Source of the DNA: a virus
Lineage: Duplodnaviria; Heunggongvirae; Uroviricota; Caudoviricetes
Length of the DNA stretch: 64,000 bases
Direction: 5' to 3' (one strand)
IMG/VR virus record: IMGVR_UViG_3300020714_000006
The position numbers were made by a program, and so were the translations under genes. The first letter of the stretch is position 1, and every line of letters begins with the position of its first letter. The notes below the pieces were generated by a model, which was not told where the DNA came from, did no database searches, and saw only the letters and a list, made by a program, of their open reading frames with translations. This document shows, in pieces, positions 27,717 to 37,563 of this stretch.

Positions 27717-30138
27717 ATTAAGTAGAATACAAAATAAAGATGATTATGAAGTATATGATGATATATCAAAACAATGGGTTAGTATATCAGGTAGTCGATA
27801 CTTACAACCAGGTCCTGGATATGCTGCACCAGATGATGCATTTATGCCAATTACTGCGATTGCTGTCCACCTACAATGGTTAGATACATTAATTTGTCTT
27901 GCTGTTCCGCCAAAAACATTAACAATGGCAGAAGCAGAGGAACAAGTTAAAGAATTTCCAAATACATTATTATTTAAAACAGAAGCAGAACTGCTTGATA
28001 CATTCTTAGATTTAATTAAAGATGCTGATGTATTAAGTGGGTGGAACAGTGAAGGGTTTGATATACCATATACTGTAAATCGTGTTACTAAAGTATTGTC
28101 TAAAAATGATACTAGACGGTTTTGTTTATGGGATCAATTTCCAAAACGTAGAGAATACGAAAAATATGGAAAAGATGCTGTAACATATGATTTTGTAGGT
28201 CGTGTTCATATGGATAGTCTTGAATTGTATAGAAAATATACTTATGAAGAAAGACATAGTTACCGATTAGATGCAATTGCTGAATATGAATTAGGTGAGC
28301 ATAAAACTGAATATGAAGGTACCCTTGACCAGTTATATAACAATGATTTTAAAAAATTTATTGAATATAATAGACAAGATACTATGCTACTTGAGAAACT
28401 TGATAGAAAATTAAAGTTTCTAGATTTAGCTAATACATTGGCACATGAAAATACTGTATTATTACAAACTACGATGGGTGCGGTTGCTGTAACAGAACAG
28501 GCAATCATTAATGAAGCCCATCATAGAGGTTTTCAAGTTCCAAATCGTTTAAAAGGTGATAAAAACGAAAGTGAAATGGCCGCCGGTGCATATGTTGCAT
28601 ATCCAAAAGAAGGTGTACACGATTGGATTGGATCATTAGATATTAACTCTTTGTATCCATCTGTTATTCGTGCATTAAACATGGGGCCTGAAACAATTGT
28701 TGGTCAACTACGTCAGGATATGACAACTGCATTCTTGCAAGCTGAAATTGCTAAAGGTAAAAAAATTACTGCTGCATGGGAAGGTATATTTGGTAGTTTA
28801 GAATATACGGCAGTAATGAACAAAGAATTTGGAACACAAATTACTATTGATTGGGAAGATGGTACTAGTGATATTGCAAGTGCTGATAGAATATATCAAA
28901 TAATATTTGAATCAAATCAACCTTGGATGATGAGTGCGAATGGAACTATCTTTACTTATGAAAGAGAAGGTATTATTCCTGGATTATTGAAAAGATGGTA
29001 CGCTGAACGTAAGGATATGCAAAAGAAACTAAAAGAAGCTATTGCTACCGGTGATAAAGAAGCAGAAGAATATTGGGATAAACGACAGTTAGTTAAGAAA
29101 ATTAACCTTAATAGTTTATATGGTGCTATTCTTAACCAGGGATGTAGGTTTTTTGATAAACGAATTGGCCAATCAACTACCTTAACTGGTAGGCAAATTG
29201 CTAAACATATGGCCGGTACTGTTAATGAAATTATAACAGGTGAATATAACCACGTTGGCAAAGCTATTATTTATGGTGATACTGATTCATGTTATTTTTC
29301 AGCTTATTCCACATTAAAAAAAGATATTGATGCTGGACATATACCATGGTCTAAAGAAGATATTTCATCTTTGTATGATCAAATTGGTGAAGATGTTAAC
29401 CAAACATTTGCAAAATTTATGTTAAATTCATTTCATTGCCCATTATCACGTGGCGATGTTATTAAAGCTGGACGTGAAATAGTTGGGGTAAAAGGTTTAT
29501 TTATTACTAAAAAACGTTATGCTGTTCTTGTTTATGATAAAGAAGGTAAACGAAAAGATAAAGATGGTAAACCTGGTGAAATTAAAGCAATGGGATTAGA
29601 TTTAAAAAGATCTGATACCCCAGAATTTATGCAAAATTTCTTAAGTGAAATATTAGAAATGGTATTAACTGGTACTACTGAACAAGAAGTTTTAGATAAG
29701 ATTACTTCTTTTAGAATGTTATTTAAAACAAGACCAGGTTGGGAAAAAGGTAGTCCAAAACGAGCCAATAATGTTACAAAATACCGAGATTTGGAAGAGA
29801 AAAAAGGCAAAGCTAATATGCCAGGGCATGTAAGAGCTAGTATTAATTGGAATGTACTAAAAACACTATTTGGTGACAAATACTCAATGAATATAACAGA
29901 TGGTGCAAAAGTTATTGTGTGCAAACTTAAAGCAAATCCATTAGGATTTACTAGTGTAGCATACCCAGTTGATGAATTGCGATTACCACAATGGTTCAAA
30001 GACTTGCCATTTGAACATTCAGAAATGGAATCTGTAATTATTGATAAGAAAATATCAAATCTAATTGGTGTATTAAAATGGGATTTGTTAAGTACCAATG
30101 AAAAAACATCAGCGGATGATTTGTTTACATTTTATTAA
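27679..30138 (+). CDS. polB: Family B DNA polymerase, C-terminal fragment
   Basis: Exo II GWNSEGFDIPY, Exo III YNRQD, DINSLYPS, KINLNSLYG, YGDTDS, KKRY. Confidence 0.95.
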   Translation: MEILEEREITVFELSRIQNKDDYEVYDDISKQWVSISGSRYLQPGPGYAAPDDAFMPITAIAVHLQWLDTLICLAVPPKTLTMAEAEEQVKEFPNTLLFKTEAELLDTFLDLIKDADVLSGWNSEGFDIPYTVNRVTKVLSKNDTRRFCLWDQFPKRREYEKYGKDAVTYDFVGRVHMDSLELYRKYTYEERHSYRLDAIAEYELGEHKTEYEGTLDQLYNNDFKKFIEYNRQDTMLLEKLDRKLKFLDLANTLAHENTVLLQTTMGAVAVTEQAIINEAHHRGFQVPNRLKGDKNESEMAAGAYVAYPKEGVHDWIGSLDINSLYPSVIRALNMGPETIVGQLRQDMTTAFLQAEIAKGKKITAAWEGIFGSLEYTAVMNKEFGTQITIDWEDGTSDIASADRIYQIIFESNQPWMMSANGTIFTYEREGIIPGLLKRWYAERKDMQKKLKEAIATGDKEAEEYWDKRQLVKKINLNSLYGAILNQGCRFFDKRIGQSTTLTGRQIAKHMAGTVNEIITGEYNHVGKAIIYGDTDSCYFSAYSTLKKDIDAGHIPWSKEDISSLYDQIGEDVNQTFAKFMLNSFHCPLSRGDVIKAGREIVGVKGLFITKKRYAVLVYDKEGKRKDKDGKPGEIKAMGLDLKRSDTPEFMQNFLSEILEMVLTGTTEQEVLDKITSFRMLFKTRPGWEKGSPKRANNVTKYRDLEEKKGKANMPGHVRASINWNVLKTLFGDKYSMNITDGAKVIVCKLKANPLGFTSVAYPVDELRLPQWFKDLPFEHSEMESVIIDKKISNLIGVLKWDLLSTNEKTSADDLFTFY

Positions 30139-30146
30139 AAAACTAG

Positions 30147-30175
30147 TTGACAATAATAATAAAATAAAGTATAAT
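30147..30175 (+). promoter_or_regulatory. sigma70-type early promoter
   Basis: TTGACA-N17-TATAAT. Confidence 0.8.
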
Positions 30176-30195
30176 ATACAAAAATAAGGAAATAT

Positions 30196-30927
30196 ATGAA
30201 AGATTTTTTACAAGATTTAGTAGCACATACACATTCACTTGGTGTTCTACCAGATATTAGAGTAAAAGTTACTGATGATAACGCATTAATTGATGCACTA
30301 TCAGATGATAGACGTGTTATTTTGCAAGCAGCAACACATTCTGCTATACCTGAATTAACTGGTAATTTTGGAATGACTAATCTGCACAAATTAGATTTGC
30401 ATTTAAAATGTCCAGAATACAGAGATAATGCAATCATAACATTAACTGTTGAACCAAGAGGTGGTGATAATATTCCAACCGGAATTCATTTTCAAAATGA
30501 AAGTGGTGATTACCAAAATGATTTTAGATTTATGAATATAAACTTGTTAGATTTATCTATGAAATCATCTAGTGTTAATATCTCAAATTGGGATATTGAA
30601 TTTCAACCAACACAAGCAAATATCCAACGATTTAAATATCAGGTATCCGCGCATACGGAAGAAACACTGTTTCAGGTATCAACTAAAGATAATAATTTAA
30701 TATTTAGTTTTGGTGATCTTAACACACATGCTGGTAGCTTTGTGTTCCAAACAAACGTTACTGGAACTATTAAAGGTGAGTGGTTATGGCCAAAATCTAC
30801 AATATTAAATGTATTGAACTTAGATGGTGATAAATTTGTAAAAATTACTGATAAAGGTGCATTTCAAATTACAGTCGATAGTGGAATAACATTATATAAT
30901 TATATATTTAAAGCTCACGTAAAATAA
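30196..30927 (+). CDS. Probable sliding clamp (gp45/PCNA-like)
   Basis: 243 aa two-domain alpha/beta pattern, next to polB; clamp loader in the same window. Confidence 0.55.
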   Translation: MKDFLQDLVAHTHSLGVLPDIRVKVTDDNALIDALSDDRRVILQAATHSAIPELTGNFGMTNLHKLDLHLKCPEYRDNAIITLTVEPRGGDNIPTGIHFQNESGDYQNDFRFMNINLLDLSMKSSSVNISNWDIEFQPTQANIQRFKYQVSAHTEETLFQVSTKDNNLIFSFGDLNTHAGSFVFQTNVTGTIKGEWLWPKSTILNVLNLDGDKFVKITDKGAFQITVDSGITLYNYIFKAHVK

Positions 30928-30936
30928 GGAAATTTT

Positions 30937-31296
30937 ATGACAAACAAAGAAGAATTAGATTTAGAACAATTTGTTGATATGTTTGATACAGCAATGAATT
31001 CTGATAACCCAGCAGTACAAAGATGTTTTAATAATTTATTGATGGTTGTAGCATTAGCACATGCTGAAGACAAAGAAAGACAGATAGGCCCATTTCGTAC
31101 ACTAACAACACATATTAAGCAGCTAACTAATAGAATAGATGATCTTGAACGTGTTATACGTAATATGCAAACAATTGGACCAGCTGGAACACCATACACA
31201 TCAATTAATACTGGTATGCCTCCATCATATGTTAGTTATAGTTATACTGTGCCAAATGGTGGCGCAACATCAATTTCAAATACAAGTATCAATTAA
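30937..31296 (+). CDS. Hypothetical protein
   Basis: SD AAGGA. Confidence 0.7.
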   Translation: MTNKEELDLEQFVDMFDTAMNSDNPAVQRCFNNLLMVVALAHAEDKERQIGPFRTLTTHIKQLTNRIDDLERVIRNMQTIGPAGTPYTSINTGMPPSYVSYSYTVPNGGATSISNTSIN

Positions 31297-31349
31297 TTTA
31301 AACCCGCTACAATGTAGCATTACAAACCACAAAAAGAAAGGAAGCTATT

Positions 31350-31610
31350 ATGGCTAAAAATTACAGATCATTTTCATATTTTGAATCACGCCCAGACATC
31401 GTAAAGTTATTTGAAGATCTCGAAGCATTTCATGACTTCTGTCGTATTGAACTTAGAAAGTTTGACCCAGCAGAATTATATCGTAAAGATTCAAAGTCAT
31501 ATGGTGCTTATTTGGCAAGTAAACGCCCAAAGAAACCATATCAAGGAAACAAACCTTGGAATAATAATCCTAATTATACTAATAACAAACCAAAGTTTGT
31601 TAAAAAGTAA
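31350..31610 (+). CDS. Hypothetical basic protein
   Basis: SD AAGGA; followed by a terminator. Confidence 0.7.
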   Translation: MAKNYRSFSYFESRPDIVKLFEDLEAFHDFCRIELRKFDPAELYRKDSKSYGAYLASKRPKKPYQGNKPWNNNPNYTNNKPKFVKK

Positions 31611-31618
31611 TCTAGTAT

Positions 31619-31642
31619 GGTAGGGAGAAATCCCTACCTTTT
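31619..31642 (+). terminator. Intrinsic terminator
   Basis: ggtaggga-GAAA-tccctacc-tttt. Confidence 0.75.
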
Positions 31643-31655
31643 TCAAGGCAGACAC

Positions 31656-32030
31656 ATGACATTATTACCACCCCTTACTATCAGCAATACAACTACAGGA
31701 ACTTCTGCGAATTCCACATGGATTGCTAATCACCCATGGGTTAATGGGAATGTAAATATTGGAGCTTCCCAAAAAATATTTTCAGCTTCAAATGGAAAGG
31801 CAGTTATAGAAATACCAGTCAATCAAGAAACCGTAAAAATTTCTGGTAAATTATTACTAAATGAAGAAGATATTGATGAAAGATTAAAAAGAATCGAAGA
31901 TATGTTGTATATTCCAAGCAGAAATGCTATAATGGAACAGAAGTATGATAAGCTCAAGCAGTTATGGGCAGAATATAATGAAACCCTCTCAGCACTTAAA
32001 AACTGGGAAACACTTAAGGAATCAAAATGA
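31656..32030 (+). CDS. Hypothetical protein
   Basis: Start MTLLPP after the terminator. Confidence 0.65.
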   Translation: MTLLPPLTISNTTTGTSANSTWIANHPWVNGNVNIGASQKIFSASNGKAVIEIPVNQETVKISGKLLLNEEDIDERLKRIEDMLYIPSRNAIMEQKYDKLKQLWAEYNETLSALKNWETLKESK

Positions 32031-32212
32031 CACATAGAATTAAATTTGCGCCAGATTTTTTAGCATCATATGATGGCTCACCAGATCATCTTACTCATAT
32101 ACTTAACAGAGTTCAAGAGATACTAGATTCCGGCGAATCTTTAGAAAATATGGCAACATCTATAACATATGGTGTTGGTTCTTACGATACTGTGCTTTCA
32201 ATTACTATATAG
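32027..32212 (+). CDS. Hypothetical protein
   Basis: ATGA overlap; SD AAGGA. Confidence 0.55.
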   Translation: MTHRIKFAPDFLASYDGSPDHLTHILNRVQEILDSGESLENMATSITYGVGSYDTVLSITI

Positions 32213-32219
32213 GAAACTT

Positions 32220-32663
32220 ATGAAAGAACTCAAAGCAGAAATACCAGCAGCTGGGATATTAAAAAATTTTGACTATGGTGATATTATGTATTATACTGTT
32301 ACCTGCCAATGTGGAAATCCAGAAGATAACATTAGATTTAGTGTTGAATTGGAAGCAGATGCATATGATATAACTTTAACTACTGAATTTACACCAAGAA
32401 TTGCATATTGGGGCAGCTTTATTGGGTCTAGTTCGTTTGAAAATTCATGGTTATACCGTATTGATTCCTGTATTCGTAATATTATAAATGCGTTATATTA
32501 TAAATTAAAATTGACTTATGATATCTGGTTTACAGGTGAAATAAAATATTGTCAAACAACTATGATGACAGAGCAGCAAGCATTGAATTATGCAGCTACA
32601 ATAAATCAATCAATAAAAGATTTAAGAAAATTAAGAGAAAAGGAAATTAAAAAACATGATTAA
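32220..32663 (+). CDS. Hypothetical protein
   Basis: SD AGGA; CQCG motif. Confidence 0.7.
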   Translation: MKELKAEIPAAGILKNFDYGDIMYYTVTCQCGNPEDNIRFSVELEADAYDITLTTEFTPRIAYWGSFIGSSSFENSWLYRIDSCIRNIINALYYKLKLTYDIWFTGEIKYCQTTMMTEQQALNYAATINQSIKDLRKLREKEIKKHD

Positions 32664-33123
32664 AAAGTTTTTTAAAGATATTACCGGTATAACTGCAAAA
32701 GAGGCTGCTGAAAAAGAGCAAGCACTTATACAACAGAAAACAGCACAACGTAAAATAGAATTGGCTGAAAAACGTAGAATAGCTAAAGAATATAAGAAAG
32801 AAAAAGAAGCTGAATTAAAACTTACACCTAAAGAAATTGCTACTAAGAAAAAAGAACCTTGGGTAGATGTTATTGGATTTAATATTAATAAAGATAACAT
32901 TAGAAATGGATTCTATGAACTAGATTGGAATGAATATTTTATTGCTGAATTAAAACGTGAAGAATATGGGTTCGAAGGTGATCCTGAAGAAGAAATAGTA
33001 AGTAGATGGTTTAGAGATATTTGTATCAATGCAGCAATGGAAGAAGGGGTTGATATGACTGATAGATCATCTGGATATATTAATGTAACTAAATTAGCAA
33101 ACGGAAAATCAGAAGTAAAATGA
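32656..33123 (+). CDS. Hypothetical protein
   Basis: SD AAGGA; EPWVDV...FYELDWN. Confidence 0.75.
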   Translation: MIKKFFKDITGITAKEAAEKEQALIQQKTAQRKIELAEKRRIAKEYKKEKEAELKLTPKEIATKKKEPWVDVIGFNINKDNIRNGFYELDWNEYFIAELKREEYGFEGDPEEEIVSRWFRDICINAAMEEGVDMTDRSSGYINVTKLANGKSEVK

Positions 33124-33215
33124 CATCACCAAATATATACTATGTTTGAAAAAAGACACTTCTTATAATAGTACACAATTACGCATATTTTAATGAATAA
33201 AATGGACATACAATA

Positions 33216-33973
33216 TTATGTCCATTTTTCAATAATTAAATAATTTTTATATATTCTACATTCTTTATTAGCTTTCCAGAATGCTTTATAACTTAATTCA
33301 TTCATTTCACACCATCGTTTGAGATTAACAATTTCAAAAATTATATCAGTTTCTATGTTTTTAATAATATATTTTTTTGATCTAGTTGGTTCAGTAGATA
33401 TTCCTTTATTCCACGGAATTCTACCTTTAGCAGAACTAGCCATTTTTGTTTTGATTCATCACTAAAAGTTCTACCTGATTGTGCAACTGACATTTTTTTC
33501 TTTGTTTCATCTGACCGCTTTTGACCAGTATTTTTTGAAACTCTAATAGCAATTTGTTCTGGTGATTGTGGTTGGCGTTTTTTGTTATTCTCACTAATAC
33601 GTTTTTTGTCATCATCAGACCACATAGAGATTCCTTTATTCCATGGGATTCTACTTTTACATGCTTCCCCAATACGTTTCCGAACTACATCAGATTGTCT
33701 TCCACCATCGCCGCATTCTTCTTTAAGATTAGCCCATTCATTCGATTCAACAATATTCCATAATTTACTATAATATAATCCAATTTCTTTTAATTCTTCT
33801 TTGGATGTACATTCGTGTAAAATTTCAGTAATATAATCAAATCCATGAACTTTAAGATGGGATAACCAATATACACCGCTACCTGTATATTTGTGTGGGT
33901 CTATTGCACGTGTTTGACCTAGATATTTTAAACCAGTTTTTTGATGTGTTTTTACATATAGATAAATAATCAT
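33216..33973 (-). pseudogene. GIY-YIG-like homing endonuclease with a 1-nt frameshift near 33444
   Basis: YLYVKTH...LKYLGQT...YTGSG; SDESKQK continues as MASSAKGRIPWNKG in another frame. Confidence 0.75.
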
Positions 33974-34052
33974 GTTGATACTCCGTTAAGTATTAAAGTA
34001 GTTGGGACGGCAATCCGCGAGCTACATCTTTATTTATCATTTCTTCTTGACA
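33961..34052 (+). ncRNA. Endonuclease leader cassette copy 3 (candidate antisense RNA)
   Basis: GATAAATA-6nt-TTGATACT ccgtta AGTATTAA-a-GTAGTT g GGA cggcaa TCC gcg AGCTAC-5nt-TATTTATC..TTGACA. Confidence 0.65.
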
Positions 34053-34075
34053 ATTTACTTTGAATGTTATATAAT
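34047..34075 (+). promoter_or_regulatory. sigma70-type early promoter
   Basis: TTGACA-N17-TATAAT. Confidence 0.8.
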
Positions 34076-34103
34076 ATACTTTTAAATTTATAAAGGAATT
34101 ATT

Positions 34104-35090
34104 ATGACTTACTTACTGATAGACTTATCAAATATGTTTTATCGCTCTCGACATGCAATACAAGGAAATGCAGATTTAAAGTTAGGTATGGCATTTCATA
34201 TTACTTTTAACAGTATTAAAAAAGCTTGGCAAGACTTCGATGGTAAACATGTAGTAGTATGTCTGGAAGGGCGCAGTTGGCGAAAAGATTATTATGAACC
34301 ATATAAGCGTAATAGATCTGATACTCGTTCTGCAATGTCACCAAAAGAACAAGCGGAAGAAAAACTGTTTTGGGAAGCATTTGATGAATTTAAAAATTTT
34401 ATCATCGAAAAAACTAATTGCACGGTATTGCACCATCCACAATTAGAAGCAGATGATCTAATTGCTGGGTTTATTCAAAGTCATCCAAACTGTAAACATG
34501 TTATAATTAGTTCTGATAGTGATTTTCAACAATTAATAAGTGAAAATGTTAGTCAATATAATGGAATAGCAGATCAACATATAACACATGAAGGATATTT
34601 TGATGCAAAAGGCAAACCAGTTAAAGATAAAAAAACTGGTGAAATTAAAATGCCATTAAATCCAGAATGGATGTTATTTGAAAAATGTATGCGTGGTGAC
34701 ACTAGTGATAACGTATTTAGTGCATATCCTGGTGTTAGAACAAAAGGCACTAAGAATAAAGTTGGATTAACTGAAGCATTTAATGATCGTAATTCCAAAG
34801 GATATAATTGGAATAATATTATGCTACAACGATGGGCTGATCATAATGGAATTGAACATAGAGTATTAGATGATTATAATAGAAATGTTACTCTAATTGA
34901 TTTAACAGCTCAGCCAACTGATATTAGAGCAATGATAACTGAAACAATAGAAACGAATTCAACACCAAAAGAAGTTGCACAAGTTGGGATTCGTATGTTA
35001 AAATTTTGTCAGTCGTATGATATGAAACGAATGATGGATAATATTCAGCAATATGCTGAACCTTTTCAAGCAAGATATACAGGAGAATAA
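34104..35090 (+). CDS. T4 RNase H-like 5'-3' exonuclease (FEN family)
   Basis: LLID..N, SWRK..Y..YK.NR, EADD, SSDSD, GDTSDN. Confidence 0.9.
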   Translation: MTYLLIDLSNMFYRSRHAIQGNADLKLGMAFHITFNSIKKAWQDFDGKHVVVCLEGRSWRKDYYEPYKRNRSDTRSAMSPKEQAEEKLFWEAFDEFKNFIIEKTNCTVLHHPQLEADDLIAGFIQSHPNCKHVIISSDSDFQQLISENVSQYNGIADQHITHEGYFDAKGKPVKDKKTGEIKMPLNPEWMLFEKCMRGDTSDNVFSAYPGVRTKGTKNKVGLTEAFNDRNSKGYNWNNIMLQRWADHNGIEHRVLDDYNRNVTLIDLTAQPTDIRAMITETIETNSTPKEVAQVGIRMLKFCQSYDMKRMMDNIQQYAEPFQARYTGE

Positions 35091-35091
35091 T

Positions 35092-35289
35092 ATGGCAGTA
35101 ACATATGCAAGTGAAAAATTGAAAAAAGTAGATGAATCATATACTATTAACAAATACGATAATGGTTATATGATTGAAGTAAGTGGACGTGATGAAAATG
35201 ATGACTGGGCTACTGCAAAAATCATAGCTTTATCGTTTGATGAAGTAATCGAAATTATCGAAGATGTAGATACATTACCGAGGACATAA
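35092..35289 (+). CDS. Hypothetical protein
   Basis: SD AGGAG before MAVTY. Confidence 0.7.
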   Translation: MAVTYASEKLKKVDESYTINKYDNGYMIEVSGRDENDDWATAKIIALSFDEVIEIIEDVDTLPRT

Positions 35290-35957
35290 TGTCAGAAAAT
35301 AAAGATCCAACAATTGAAGAACAACGTGAATTACTGCAAACTATTAAATTTACACCTAAAACTTACAAAGTAGAAATTGAAGGAAGAGGTGGAGAAATAG
35401 TAGTTGGTAAAGTACCACGCGAAGCATACGATTATTTAGAAGATAATGGTATTGATATTGAAGAATTTATAGAAGATGAAGAAAATGAATTTGCGGTTCC
35501 AGAAGAATATCAATTTATTTGTGAAGGAGCATGGTTTGAATGTGATAACTTAGCACATGAAAATGGTGCTGAAATGTCAGATATTAGTGAAGTTATCGTA
35601 TATGATGATAATTCTAATGAAGTTTGGCGACATTATTTGGACATTGGGTTATTACAGGATTCTGAAATAGAACTGGATGAAATAGCCGAATGTTATATTG
35701 AAGAACAACCAGATGGTACTGCCGTATTTCTTGGACAAACAACCGAGAAAGGTAAATTTTTTGGTGGGGAATTTGTAATTAAAGACGATTTTGATCCAAC
35801 TAAATTTAAAATTGAATACAGTGATATCGATGGATGGAATATATTTTCAAGTATTCAATATAATGGTGAATACATTGATAATAATGAATATGACACTGTT
35901 GGCAAAGGAATAATGTTTGATTTACAGTTAGTTGAAAATACATCTAATAAAACTTGA
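35289..35957 (+). CDS. Hypothetical, very acidic protein
   Basis: SD GAGG; Asp/Glu-rich. Confidence 0.75.
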   Translation: MSENKDPTIEEQRELLQTIKFTPKTYKVEIEGRGGEIVVGKVPREAYDYLEDNGIDIEEFIEDEENEFAVPEEYQFICEGAWFECDNLAHENGAEMSDISEVIVYDDNSNEVWRHYLDIGLLQDSEIELDEIAECYIEEQPDGTAVFLGQTTEKGKFFGGEFVIKDDFDPTKFKIEYSDIDGWNIFSSIQYNGEYIDNNEYDTVGKGIMFDLQLVENTSNKT

Positions 35958-35982
35958 CAATACTAATATAGTGTTTTATAAT
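35954..35982 (+). promoter_or_regulatory. sigma70-type early promoter
   Basis: TTGACA-N17-TATAAT. Confidence 0.8.
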
Positions 35983-36025
35983 ACACACTTTATAAAACAC
36001 TAACTTTAATTAACGAGGAAATACA

Positions 36026-36544
36026 ATGTCATCGATCATTACAACTGAAGTCGTAGAAGATACTTCATACGCAGGAACCCGTAAAAAAAGAAAGACAACT
36101 GAGTTATCAGTAGTAAAACAAGAGAATCCAATAACTAAATTTTTTAATACATTAAATGTAAAAAAAATGGTAGATAGTCACAAATTTACAAAAGTATGGT
36201 TAGATAGAAATATTCACTATGCTGAAGTTTTTTCTACTTCAATAGAATTAGAAAAATTAACATTCCAGCAATACGTATTCGTCGAAGATACTAAAGAATT
36301 GGCAACAAAATTAGATAGAATTGGATTTGTTGAACAAATCGGGTATCCAGATGAAATACATTTTAAGAAATTTTCTCGTATGATGTACAATGCTGAATAT
36401 AATATTGCATTGAGTTTATATAAACCACAATATAAAAAAGCAATCATGGTTGCTAATGAAGTGGTTGAAACAGCAGGAATCAATGGGCAAGTAGGATTAA
36501 ATGTATTTCTATCAACTATTAATGTTTTAATAAGTAAGGATTAA
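36026..36544 (+). CDS. Hypothetical protein
   Basis: SD GAGGA. Confidence 0.7.
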   Translation: MSSIITTEVVEDTSYAGTRKKRKTTELSVVKQENPITKFFNTLNVKKMVDSHKFTKVWLDRNIHYAEVFSTSIELEKLTFQQYVFVEDTKELATKLDRIGFVEQIGYPDEIHFKKFSRMMYNAEYNIALSLYKPQYKKAIMVANEVVETAGINGQVGLNVFLSTINVLISKD

Positions 36545-36546
36545 TA

Positions 36547-37017
36547 ATGACAGAACTTCATGCGAAACCTATAATAGATGGTAAATTTTGGATTGTAGAA
36601 CGCAATGGTGAAAAAGTTGCAACATTGCATAAACATGAAAATAATAAATTCATGCTGTCAAATAATGATGGTGAAGTATGGTTTAATAAAAGAGAAGAAT
36701 TAATTTCCCAATTTGGGAATAAATTCTTCTTGACTGACAATATGTTTGATGTTAATATAACAGAACAAACAGAATGTCATGGTTTTCCAACTAAGTCAAC
36801 ACCATATAATACAATGTATGATGTTAAACGAAGATTACCATTATATACAAAACAAGAAAAAAGTAAGTGTCTGCATTGTGCTGGCTGGTATGTTGTTAAA
36901 TTTAAGAATTGGGTATTAGCATATTGTCCAAAATTAATAACAGTAGATCGTTATGAAACATATGGACCTTTTAAAACTAAAGCAGAGGCTACGAATTTTA
37001 AATGCAACATCAATTAA
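36547..37017 (+). CDS. Hypothetical protein
   Basis: SD AAGGA. Confidence 0.75.
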   Translation: MTELHAKPIIDGKFWIVERNGEKVATLHKHENNKFMLSNNDGEVWFNKREELISQFGNKFFLTDNMFDVNITEQTECHGFPTKSTPYNTMYDVKRRLPLYTKQEKSKCLHCAGWYVVKFKNWVLAYCPKLITVDRYETYGPFKTKAEATNFKCNIN

Positions 37018-37238
37018 ATACTACACCAATAACACAATTTACACAATTGCTACGAGCTTCTGAATTGTCACAACAAAAAGAAGTAAAGATGACAATTCAG
37101 CAAGCTAGGTTGCTAAACTTAGCATTATCTGATATGATGGAAAAACTTAATCAGGATTACGAAAGTATGTATAATGCTCTTAGAAAATCTGTTGATACAT
37201 CAGTAGTACAGGTTTTAATGGATGGTGGTGAGTTCTAA
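37002..37238 (+). CDS. Hypothetical protein
   Basis: Overlapping operon ORF. Confidence 0.65.
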   Translation: MQHQLNTTPITQFTQLLRASELSQQKEVKMTIQQARLLNLALSDMMEKLNQDYESMYNALRKSVDTSVVQVLMDGGEF

Positions 37239-37272
37239 TAAGATAAATATATATGGAGTTAATGGAGATCTT

Positions 37273-37563
37273 ATGTCAAGACCACAACCATCTATATTGA
37301 TAGAATACACTGATAAAAAAACATACAAAACTGAACAAGTATTAGAAGCAGAAGGAAACGCTATATGGGCTGTATTTTATAAAAATACAGCATTTAATTT
37401 AAAATCATTTAATAGTTTAACAAGTTATCCTGGACCAAAATATAAGAAAACTAGTTTTTCTAACCCTGGCCATGCATATAACTTATCTAAAAAATTAAAT
37501 GAACAATTTAATTGCAATGATTTTAAAGTAGTTAAGTTAACTACTGGAATAGTAATGGAATGA
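37273..37563 (+). CDS. Hypothetical late protein
   Basis: GATAAATA at 37242, GGAG, start MSRPQP. Confidence 0.75.
   Translation: MSRPQPSILIEYTDKKTYKTEQVLEAEGNAIWAVFYKNTAFNLKSFNSLTSYPGPKYKKTSFSNPGHAYNLSKKLNEQFNCNDFKVVKLTTGIVME

Noticed and set aside
26872-27810. Gene 60-type ribosomal bypass between matched CCA codons
   Set aside because: The take-off codon is not followed by a stop and hairpin, and the 933-nt gap is far longer than known bypasses.
26870-27816. Group I intron in polB
   Set aside because: No recognisable P7 (R/S) core motifs in the ~100-nt flanks; both flanks are open protein-like frames and the HNH overlaps the downstream start. Only RT-PCR can fully exclude it.
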